From: an uncultured delta proteobacterium
Lineage (GTDB): Bacteria; Desulfobacterota; Binatia; UBA9968
Direction: 5' to 3'
DNA: 64,000 bases
NCBI GenBank assembly: GCA_963727625.1
Contig: CAVSHR010000004.1
Location: 288,001 to 352,000, forward strand
In this document: positions 50,266 to 57,892 of the stretch, piece by piece
Layout of the letters: each line of letters starts with the position of its first letter
Position numbering within the stretch: the stretch's first letter is position 1
Made by a program: the position numbers and the translations under genes
Notes under the pieces: generated by a model
What the model was told of the DNA's origin: nothing
Databases searched by the model: none
What the model saw: only the letters and a program-made list of their open reading frames with translations

Positions 50266-50294
50266 AGAATAACGTTGCAACGTCATGACGTCAA
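50266..50294 (-). promoter_or_regulatory. TA cassette promoter with ACGT operator repeats
   Basis: TTGACG-N17-TATTCT, 6 nt before antitoxin ATG; spacer holds palindromes ACGTCATGACGT and ACGTTGCAACGT. Confidence 0.75.
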
Positions 50295-50307
50295 CATCCG
50301 ACCGGGA

Positions 50308-50337
50308 GACTAACGTCGTGCGTTGAGCGGACGCGCC
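50308..50337 (-). mobile_element. Half attC (L'-R' arm) at the start of the TA cassette
   Basis: Minus strand gtccgctcaacgcacgacGTTAGTC; the other arm is replaced by the dnaE2 duplicate. Confidence 0.6.
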
Positions 50338-50486
50338 CGCACCACGCCGTAAACGCCGTCCCGGTCGGTCAGCGCGATCGCCGGCAAGCCGAGCCGATAA
50401 ACCTCCTCCACCAGCTCGTCCGGATGGCTCGCGCCTTCGAGAAAAGGAAAATTACTCTTGCACCAGAGCGGAACGTAGAGAGACAT
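50310..50486 (-). pseudogene. dnaE2: Truncated duplicate of the dnaE2 5' end (58-aa ORF)
   Basis: [58 protein letters not shown]; stop falls in the GTTAG box. Confidence 0.9.
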
Positions 50487-50747
50487 CGAAAATAGACTTT
50501 AGCAAACGAACGCCGCAGTCAAAGGCGGGCTTTTCAGTAAGCCACGGAATATTTCCGCTTTCGAGGGAGAAACACGCTGGTTAAAGATTTTTGTTTGTAG
50601 TGTCTTGGCTGCTGCTCAAAAATTTCAGAAGCCAATATCAACGTTCGCGAGATCTCTGCGCTAACCCCCGATCGCAGACATTCGCCATGGGGGCATAGGA
50701 ACACCCGCCTTGGGCTTTACGCGGCGTAACGCGATGCCGCTGAGCCG
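50338..50747. repeat. Direct repeat copy 2
   Basis: Colinear with 49342..49749; 6 substitutions in the 149 coding nt and more in the non-coding part. Confidence 0.95.
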
Positions 50748-50808
50748 CTACAGCAAAAAAGTCCATGGATTACGAGTACTCGCCGTCGGCTCAAGCGGCG
50801 GGTTCGGC
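50724..50808 (-). mobile_element. attC site (85 bp) of the hypothetical-protein cassette
   Basis: Minus strand GCCGAAC-ccgccgcTtgagccgac .. gcggctcagcggcatcgc-GTTACGC; paired L boxes with one extra-helical base; gene stop lies inside the site. Confidence 0.8.
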
Positions 50809-51282
50809 GGCACGAACCTCGACGTCCACATATTCACATCCGATCAGTGCATCCCGTCCGTTGAGGTCTGGATGTGAGTTGCTGTCGACGATGCACACGC
50901 GGTAGTACTGGATGAGTCGCCAACCCAATGCGTCGAAATCGAAGAAGCAGATCGGATGGATGATTTGCTTCTCCTCGGGCGGAATCCACGCAACGGGGTG
51001 GTCCCAGTATCCGGACGCCGGGATGTCGCGGTTCGCGTGCAACGGCAACTTGCCCGCATGATCCGCAAACAGTCGGTACTCCGTCAGAATCTCATTCCCG
51101 TGGTTCATCGGTATGGGCCGCACCTCCACACCGGCCCGACCAAGAACGCACTCGGCGAAGAGAGTGTTAGCGACTTTAACGAATTCGTCCGCGGTGTCCC
51201 ACGTCCCGTGGGATCGCATGTAGCTGTTCCAAAGGTGCCGCACCGCCTCCCGGAACTCGTGAATGTGTGGTGTGAGTATCAT
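50791..51282 (-). CDS. Hypothetical protein carried as an integron gene cassette
   Basis: 163-aa ORF starting 12 nt after GTTCGGC (51295..51301) and ending in attC; motifs HLWN, SGYWDHP, FFDF, GRDALI. Confidence 0.8.
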   Translation of the reverse strand: MILTPHIHEFREAVRHLWNSYMRSHGTWDTADEFVKVANTLFAECVLGRAGVEVRPIPMNHGNEILTEYRLFADHAGKLPLHANRDIPASGYWDHPVAWIPPEEKQIIHPICFFDFDALGWRLIQYYRVCIVDSNSHPDLNGRDALIGCEYVDVEVRAAEPAA

Positions 51283-51397
51283 CGCGATGTTGCCGCCGAA
51301 CTAGTAATATACTGATCTGCCTTTCGCGATATTAATATCGGCAAAGGCCGCCTGCAAGGTAAGGGCCGGGCGTACAGGCAACTATCAACGTGACTCG

Positions 51398-51937
51398 CTA
51401 GTCGCTCTGTTGATACCACACGAACTGTTTGCCGTCCCAATAGATGAAAGCGCTCGCAGACTCGGACTTTGCGACCCAGAGGGAGTCTCCTTTGGGAGTT
51501 GGGGATTTGTTCTCCCAGCGGCTTTTGCGAACTTCCTGCTTCGGATAGACGCTCCAGTTGTCCATCCAATTGAAGTCGGCGCCGCCGTTTCGAAAGGCGC
51601 TCCCGGCTCCCAAGATTATCGGTTTTGTTTCGCCAAAAAGAAAAATGACGATACCTGTTTGGCCGGTGAGTTTGTTGCGCACGAGCACGGCGATATCGAG
51701 CTTTTGGTCTCCGTTGAAATCGCCGCTTTGAAAAAAAGGATTGAGGTGCAGACTTAGATCATAGTGCTTCGGCAACTGAGTTGATTGGGCAAGGCGCATA
51801 ACCCACTCCGGCAGATTGGAACACGGCGAAGCACCCGAAGGCGGGATTGGGCTATTGCACCATCCGGACTCTTCCGCGCCAACCGGAGTTGTGAGTCGCG
51901 AAAGGACTATCAGGAAAGCAATAACCAGTCGTACCAT
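51398..51937 (-). CDS. Hypothetical exported protein with an FG-GAP-like Ca-binding motif
   Basis: Signal peptide from ATG 51937; GDFNGDQKLDIAVLV; ESASAFIYWDG..WYQQSD. Confidence 0.75.
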   Translation of the reverse strand: MVRLVIAFLIVLSRLTTPVGAEESGWCNSPIPPSGASPCSNLPEWVMRLAQSTQLPKHYDLSLHLNPFFQSGDFNGDQKLDIAVLVRNKLTGQTGIVIFLFGETKPIILGAGSAFRNGGADFNWMDNWSVYPKQEVRKSRWENKSPTPKGDSLWVAKSESASAFIYWDGKQFVWYQQSD

Positions 51938-52073
51938 GATAGCCAAACAATCCTCTGCGGGTGTATTTGGGTGGCTTACATGTTTTTCCGCTACAGCTTT
52001 ACGCCAAAAGCCGATCGACACGACCGGCCTATTCCCTAGCGATAGGCCCCTTATTCGGCCGGCCATCCGCTTT

Positions 52074-52673
52074 TTACCAACCGGCAAGAGCCTGTAACTG
52101 TCTGTCGTGGAGCTTACTTAAAACAGTCAAAGCCATAATCGCCCCCACTAGCGCCATCGCCATGTCGGACTGGGTGTCCCAGACATAACCTTGCGTCCCG
52201 AGAAAAGCTTCCGCGGAATCGCCGGTAGCGACGGCGACGCCCCATTCGAACAATTCGTAGAGCGCGCTGAAAGCCAGGCAGATCGAAATCACCAAGAGAT
52301 TGAGCCAGGCGCGCCCATTGACGACCGAATTTCGAATAAAGATTTCGCGCGCAATGATCGCCGGAACGAAACCTTGAGCGAAATGACCGAGCTTGTCGTA
52401 GTTGTTCCTCTGCCAGCCGAAGAAGTCACGGACAAACTTAAAAGCATCGACCTCGGCGTAAGTGTAGTGCGCGCCGAGAAACAGGATCAGGCAGTGTATA
52501 AGAATCAGCGTGTAAGCGAGTGGTGTTAAAGGGAACCGTTTGTAGGTCGCGGCGAGAATGACGAGCGCGAGCAGCGCCGGCGACGCCTCTAGAAACCAGG
52601 TAAAATAGTCATGCGGATTGACGGCCGACCAGACCAAAGCTGTGAAATAAGCTGCCAGCCAAACAATTTTCAT
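52074..52673 (-). CDS. DUF2238 (YjdF-like) inner membrane protein
   Basis: TWFLE; GAHYTYAEV; RNNYDKLGHFAQG; YELFEW; FLGTQGYVWDTQSDM. Confidence 0.9.
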   Translation of the reverse strand: MKIVWLAAYFTALVWSAVNPHDYFTWFLEASPALLALVILAATYKRFPLTPLAYTLILIHCLILFLGAHYTYAEVDAFKFVRDFFGWQRNNYDKLGHFAQGFVPAIIAREIFIRNSVVNGRAWLNLLVISICLAFSALYELFEWGVAVATGDSAEAFLGTQGYVWDTQSDMAMALVGAIMALTVLSKLHDRQLQALAGW

Positions 52674-52689
52674 GGGAGTTACCGCGGGG

Positions 52690-53277
52690 TTAGTTCAAAT
52701 CCAAATCTCTCAACAGCCCTTCCCGCAGATCATAGATCCAGCCGTGTACCATCACTGGACGATCCGCTCTCCATGATTGCTTGACAACCTCGGCTTCGCG
52801 CACCGCATAAACCTGCGCCGTCACGTTCAGCTCGCAAAGCCGGCGCCAGCGTACTTCTTCGCTCGGCGCGGCATCCAACTCGTCTTTGTGGGCGCGGTAA
52901 ACGGCGCGCACATACGCCAGCCAATTTTCCAGCGGCAAGCCGGACCAGTCTTGCAGCGCGGCGAGCACGCCGCCGCAGCCATAATGGCCGCAGACGATGA
53001 TGTGCTTGACCTGAAGAGTCGCGACCGCATATTGCAGCACGGAATGCACGTTGGTATCGAACGGCGGCACGATATTGGCGATGTTCCGGTGTACAAAGAG
53101 TTCCCCGGGTGCGAGGCCGACGATCTCGTTTGCCGGTACCCGGCTGTCGGCGCAGCCGATCCAAAGATATTCCGGCTTCTGTATCTTGCTCAAACGTTCG
53201 AAATACTCTGGATCACGGCGCTTAATTGCCGAGGCCCACGCTCGATTATTCTCGAAAAGTTGTGGCAGAAATTTCAT
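52690..53277 (-). CDS. can: Beta-class carbonic anhydrase
   Basis: WIGCADSRVP; FVHRNIAN; CGHYGCGG; LCELNV; HGWIYDL. Confidence 0.93.
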   Translation of the reverse strand: MKFLPQLFENNRAWASAIKRRDPEYFERLSKIQKPEYLWIGCADSRVPANEIVGLAPGELFVHRNIANIVPPFDTNVHSVLQYAVATLQVKHIIVCGHYGCGGVLAALQDWSGLPLENWLAYVRAVYRAHKDELDAAPSEEVRWRRLCELNVTAQVYAVREAEVVKQSWRADRPVMVHGWIYDLREGLLRDLDLN

Positions 53278-53293
53278 ACAAAGGAGGATCCCT

Positions 53294-53917
53294 TTACGGG
53301 TTTTTGCTTTTCGATGTCGTTTTATAGCTCGCGATAATCGGCTGACGGCGAAAGCATCCTGCCACATGATCGTTGACCATGCCGGTGGCTTGCATGTGAG
53401 CGTAGCAGATCGTCGAACCGACAAACTGGAAGCCGCGTTGCTTCAAATCCTTGCTTAATATGTCGGATTCGGGGCTGGTGGCGGGATAGTCTGTAATTTT
53501 GCGCAGATCATGCACGACCGGTTGGCCGTCGACGAAGCGCCAGATGTATGCGTCGAAGCTACCGAACTCTTCTCGAACATCAAGAAACCTTGCCGCGTTG
53601 TTCACCGCTGCGGCGATCTTAGCTCGATGGCGGATGATGCCGGCGTTCTTGACCAGAGCCCCGACTTGCCGCTTGCCGAAACACGCGACTTTTTCCGGAT
53701 CGAAACCCGAGAAAGCCTGACGGTACGCGTCCCGTTTGCGCAGCACCGTGTACCAGCTGAGACCGGCCTGCGCCGCCTCCAGGGTCAAGAACTCGAATAT
53801 CAGTCGATCATCATGGACCGGCACACCCCATTCCCGGTCATGATAGTCGACATAATCGGATTTTGTCAGGTCCACCCAGGGACAGCGGTCGCTACTAATG
53901 TATCCTTTCATTCCCAT
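53294..53917 (-). CDS. tag: DNA-3-methyladenine glycosylase I
   Basis: RCPW; YHDREWGVP; LEAAQAGLSW; FVGSTICYAHMQATGMVNDH..C. Confidence 0.95.
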   Translation of the reverse strand: MGMKGYISSDRCPWVDLTKSDYVDYHDREWGVPVHDDRLIFEFLTLEAAQAGLSWYTVLRKRDAYRQAFSGFDPEKVACFGKRQVGALVKNAGIIRHRAKIAAAVNNAARFLDVREEFGSFDAYIWRFVDGQPVVHDLRKITDYPATSPESDILSKDLKQRGFQFVGSTICYAHMQATGMVNDHVAGCFRRQPIIASYKTTSKSKNP

Positions 53918-54005
53918 GAGAACCCCACCAAACTAAATCCGTTGTTTCCTTCTTCGGGCACGTTGTCCGAGATAAGTAGTTGTAACAAATTATGTTTTAT
54001 CGAGT

Positions 54006-54518
54006 CTATTTCGGTTTAGGGAACCGGCGGTAGAGCCGAACGATCCACCACACAAGAGCAATTACGAACCCCATCAGGACCGCGGAGAACTTCGCGCCCG
54101 GAAGCGCCGGCGGCCGCGTGTGATTGGCAAGCAAAATAATGTAGTGCATGGCCAACATCATCATCACGATCACGTAGCCGAGCCGCTTGCCGTGAGCGGA
54201 CAGAAACAGCAACGACTCTTCGCGCCGCTCCTCCGCCAACCAGTAGTCTCGATGGGGCACGTTGGTCCAGTGGGGAAACTTGCGCGGCAGCGTGCCGACG
54301 ACGAAGCTCACCAGCGCGGCCATGCCGATCATCAAACTCGCCATGAACAGCAAATAACCGTTGCGGCTCATCCAACCGTCGGCCATGCCGCTCGAACCGA
54401 AATGGGTGGCAACCCGATCGGGCAAATACTGCGAGGTATAAACGACGAACACCACGGCGAAGACCGTTAGACAAACGAGGGTCGCCAAAGTGGCGGCGGC
54501 GGGATTATTTTGCGTCAT
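54006..54518 (-). CDS. DUF1648-type membrane protein
   Basis: LPDRVATHFG..G.ADGWMSR; NVPHRDYWLA; 4 TM segments. Confidence 0.82.
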   Translation of the reverse strand: MTQNNPAAATLATLVCLTVFAVVFVVYTSQYLPDRVATHFGSSGMADGWMSRNGYLLFMASLMIGMAALVSFVVGTLPRKFPHWTNVPHRDYWLAEERREESLLFLSAHGKRLGYVIVMMMLAMHYIILLANHTRPPALPGAKFSAVLMGFVIALVWWIVRLYRRFPKPK

Positions 54519-54629
54519 CGCTCCACCGGCGCGAACGTCCCAGGCAAGGCCTTTGCCTTTTGCAGTTCAGGCGAAAAATCGCCACGAGACGGAATCATTC
54601 ACTTTTTCAGTTTGGCAAGGAGACAAGTC

Positions 54630-55064
54630 TCATTTTCTGATGCCGAGTATGACCACACCCGCTGCGACCAAGGCAATCGCCAACCAGTCTTTGGTCGCGG
54701 GCCGTTCGCCGAGAAACAGCACCGCAAAAATCGCCACCAGCACAACGCTCAATTTGTCCACCGGCGCGACTTTCGCCGCCTCGCCGATTTTTAGAGCACG
54801 AAAGTAGCAGAGCCACGAGGCGCCGGTGGCCAGTCCAGACAAGGTAAGAAAAATCCAGGTTTTTGGACGAAGCGTGAACGGGTCGCTCCATTTCCCGGTG
54901 TAGTAAACAAACCAAACAATCGCGAGCAAGATGACCAGCGTACGGATCAGCGTGGCGAAATCTGAATCGACGCCTTCCAGACCGATCTTGGCGAAGATCG
55001 CCGTCAAAGAAGCAAAAACCGCCGAAAGCAGTGCCCACTGGAACCACATGTAACTGGACGTCAT
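54630..55064 (-). CDS. EamA/DMT family small transporter
   Basis: WALLSAVFASLTAIFAKIG; ATGASWLCYFRAL; VAPVDKLSV. Confidence 0.9.
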   Translation of the reverse strand: MTSSYMWFQWALLSAVFASLTAIFAKIGLEGVDSDFATLIRTLVILLAIVWFVYYTGKWSDPFTLRPKTWIFLTLSGLATGASWLCYFRALKIGEAAKVAPVDKLSVVLVAIFAVLFLGERPATKDWLAIALVAAGVVILGIRK

Positions 55065-55483
55065 GACGACTTCTCCGTTGTCCGCGCTTTTCGCGCTCGT
55101 GCTTTTCGGGCTATTCCTTCGAAATGCACCCGCCTCGCTTCATCGCGCCGCGCTCGTTCTTTACGGCGGCACGTCCGGCAACGAATCGCGCTGGAATAAG
55201 CGAACCCTTTGGCCACTTCATACCACCACTTCTGCTGGCTGCCGGTCCAAATTTCTTCTTTACCGCAATCGACGCAGCAAAACGGCATATCGACATAATA
55301 TCCCCGCATGACGAAAGCCGGAGCGCCGTAGCTGTTGTTCGGCGCGAGCAAGCTTTCGTTTACCGGAACCGTTCGATAGGGCATGGGTTTGGCTCCACCC
55401 GCTTTGGTTTCCGCGGCGCGCTTGCTCGCACGCTTCTTCCGTTTGGCGATGATCTCGCCGCGCCGCTGTTTACCGCTTTTCAT
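55061..55483 (-). CDS. Zinc-ribbon domain protein
   Basis: CVDCG.EEIWT..QQKWWYE.AKG..RCRTCR; basic termini; ATGA overlap with the EamA gene. Confidence 0.8.
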   Translation of the reverse strand: MKSGKQRRGEIIAKRKKRASKRAAETKAGGAKPMPYRTVPVNESLLAPNNSYGAPAFVMRGYYVDMPFCCVDCGKEEIWTGSQQKWWYEVAKGFAYSSAIRCRTCRRKERARRDEARRVHFEGIARKARARKARTTEKSS

Positions 55484-55504
55484 TGGGTATCAAATACGCC
55501 ATCG

Positions 55505-55894
55505 CTATTTTCCGATCAGCCGGCGCATCCATAATTCAACGATCAGTACCGCATTCGGCGGTATCAGGTCCTCGATTTCGTGCTCGCGGTAGGCGAGATG
55601 CGGGCTCAGGCGCACCTTGCGATAACCGCCTTGTTTCATACCGAGCAGCGAATACTCGACCCCGGCCATGGCTTGCCGCGTCCCAAGCTCGATCGAGTGA
55701 TCGACGAAGCGATAGCCCGCTTCGGTTCTGATCATTTGTTCGGGAAGGTACTCGGCCTGGCGCGCATTCAACGGAACTTCGTCGCCTTTGTTGAGAAAGA
55801 GCTTCAAATTGTAGATGACCCGGTCGCCCTTTTTTGCCGGCGTTCCACTGCCTTCGCGCTCGTCCAACAGTTTGATGCCGCTCCGTAATCTCAT
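55505..55894 (-). CDS. FKBP-type peptidyl-prolyl isomerase
   Basis: REGSG..AKKGDRV; LG..GVE..LLGMK.GGYRKV..PHLAY; IPPNAVL. Confidence 0.85.
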   Translation of the reverse strand: MRLRSGIKLLDEREGSGTPAKKGDRVIYNLKLFLNKGDEVPLNARQAEYLPEQMIRTEAGYRFVDHSIELGTRQAMAGVEYSLLGMKQGGYRKVRLSPHLAYREHEIEDLIPPNAVLIVELWMRRLIGK

Positions 55895-55906
55895 GCTCAG
55901 CCGTCA

Positions 55907-56044
55907 TCAAAAGCCGGCCTGCTCCCACCCGACTGAATCACCGAGCTTGATCTCGCAGTTGTTTAAAACTTTCGCGAAGGCGCCGCCGCGCCAATTTGAA
56001 TACATCGCCGCCAGATGACCGAGGGGCTGTTTATCGTTTCTCAT
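55907..56044 (-). pseudogene. Probable C-terminal remnant of a MOSC-domain gene (45 aa)
   Basis: Hand translation MRNDKQPLGHLAAMYSNWRGGAFAKVLNNCEIKLGDSVGWEQAGF resembles the MOSC tail (RGG.FA.VL..G.I..GD.V). Confidence 0.5.
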
Positions 56045-56185
56045 TTTTTTAGCTGAACGTAACGCGGGAACGGGAAAATTTTTACGCAGTTAAGGATACT
56101 GGCGCGGTGGCTTTGTTCATTCGCCCCCGCTTTAATTTGTTTTGCCGCCGCTTGCCGCTTTTCATGTTCAAGCGTCCTGATGCGG

Positions 56186-57187
56186 CTACTCGACCTTACA
56201 TGCCTGACAGTCAACCGACACCATCCTGATATCGCTGCCGCGCCGGTAGGAATATTGAGTTGTCCCCGGTCCAATTTTGGGAATCGCCCGGCGCAGATCG
56301 TCTTCGCTGAGAAGCTTTTTACCTGCAACCGACAGAATGACGTCGCCGACATGTATGCCCGCCTTGGCCATCGGCCGGCCGCTTTCCACCTCCATCACCA
56401 CCGCGCCGGCCGGCATCGCGCCAAGCGTCGAGGCGCTCTGCTCGGGTGTGAGAAAAGCGATGCGCACACCGAGATCCGGCACATGAAATCCTCGCGCTAA
56501 CGACGTTGCGGGAATCGCGCCCCCGAGCGTGCCCACGAGGTCGTGGATACTTTTTTCCATATCGGTTGAGCCGACCGCCGGGTCAGTTATTTTCAAAGAC
56601 GTCGTTGGCTCTTGCGGTTGGGGCACGGCTTGACCGCCTCTCAGCAAATAACCGGCCATCCCGGCGCCGACGACGGCAATCGCGAGGGCCCCAATCGCCC
56701 AGGGCCTCAAGCGCCAATTCGTCTCGATTTCTTTGTGCGCCGGGGCCGGTCGTACATGCGCCGGCGATCCGCCGCCGGGTGGTGAATCATTGCCTGTCAG
56801 CTCAAGCAATTCGGTTACCCGCCCAACCAGGCGAAGAAATTCGTCATCACGGGCATTGCCGCTCCACTCGCTCAAGTCGGCGCCGTTAAGCAGCCTAAAC
56901 GCCAACGGCGCTTCGACATGCTCCAAAAATACCGGAACGAGAATGCCGCGGCGCTTGCCCTCCGAAGCCTCGTTGCGCACCCACTCGGAGGCAACCGACA
57001 AGGCCGACCAGAGCACGATAACGCATTTGGCTTGTGCGATCGCTTTTTCAATGACTTCGTCGAAAGATTTTCCGAGCGGGATCTCGCGGTCCCACCAGAC
57101 GTCCCAGCCGCGTGCGCCCAATGCCGCGGCGAGCTGCTGCGCCTGGATGCGATCCTCGGCCGCATAACTGATAAAAATTTCGTTCAT
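56186..57187 (-). CDS. TIR - transmembrane - PDZ protein
   Basis: IFISYAAED..WWDREIP.G..VLWS..SV.SEWVRNEA TIR_2; TM AIGALAIAVVGAGMAGYLL; HtrA-type PDZ LGVRI..GAVVMEV..AGIHVGDVILSVAG. Confidence 0.85.
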   Translation of the reverse strand: MNEIFISYAAEDRIQAQQLAAALGARGWDVWWDREIPLGKSFDEVIEKAIAQAKCVIVLWSALSVASEWVRNEASEGKRRGILVPVFLEHVEAPLAFRLLNGADLSEWSGNARDDEFLRLVGRVTELLELTGNDSPPGGGSPAHVRPAPAHKEIETNWRLRPWAIGALAIAVVGAGMAGYLLRGGQAVPQPQEPTTSLKITDPAVGSTDMEKSIHDLVGTLGGAIPATSLARGFHVPDLGVRIAFLTPEQSASTLGAMPAGAVVMEVESGRPMAKAGIHVGDVILSVAGKKLLSEDDLRRAIPKIGPGTTQYSYRRGSDIRMVSVDCQACKVE

Positions 57188-57401
57188 AGAGGCAATTTAA
57201 GCGACGCCGTCAGCTGCATTTTAATACAACGCTAAGCGCGCAGGCTAGTCAATTCGCAGGCCCATCGAAACCGAAAGCAATCGGGTGCCGACAATTTTAT
57301 TGCAAGAGGTCCATCTTCTCTGTTGTCTGGGGCGCAGTACGGCCAGCCCGGAGCTAATGACCGCCGAGCCGGCCATCACCGGCCGTGAAGACAATTTTAG
57401 T

Positions 57402-57860
57402 TTAAGGCTTCGGATGCCCGGCATCGACCCAGTAAACTTCTTGGGGATTCTCCACTGCGGGTATGTCCAAGTTAACCACAACCGGTTCCTGGTCGCTGCG
57501 CACGACTACACACGAGAGCTCTTGGTTTTCGTTGGCGTTGATTTCTTGGTGCGGCACGAACGGCGGTACGAAAATAAAATCCCCTGGACCCGCCTCCGCG
57601 ACAAACTCGAGTTTCTCGCCCCAAAGCATGCGCGCTCTGCCGCTGACGATATAAATAATGCTCTCCAGCGCGCCGTGATGGTGCGGCGCGGTCTTGGCGT
57701 TGGGATGGATGTTCGCCGTTCCGGCCCATAGTTTGTTCGCGCCCGCCATCGCCCGGTTGATCGCCGCCGCCCGCGTCATGCCGGGGGTCTGCGGCGTGTT
57801 AAAGTCAAGCTGCTTGCTCGGAACGATTCTAACCCCGTGATTGCGCCAATCTTGGGTCAT
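57402..57860 (-). CDS. Cupin domain protein
   Basis: TPQTPGMTRAAAI; HHHGALES; PGDFIFVPPFVPHQEIN. Confidence 0.88.
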   Translation of the reverse strand: MTQDWRNHGVRIVPSKQLDFNTPQTPGMTRAAAINRAMAGANKLWAGTANIHPNAKTAPHHHGALESIIYIVSGRARMLWGEKLEFVAEAGPGDFIFVPPFVPHQEINANENQELSCVVVRSDQEPVVVNLDIPAVENPQEVYWVDAGHPKP

Positions 57861-57892
57861 GACTCACCTCCTACTCAAATCACGCTATGACT

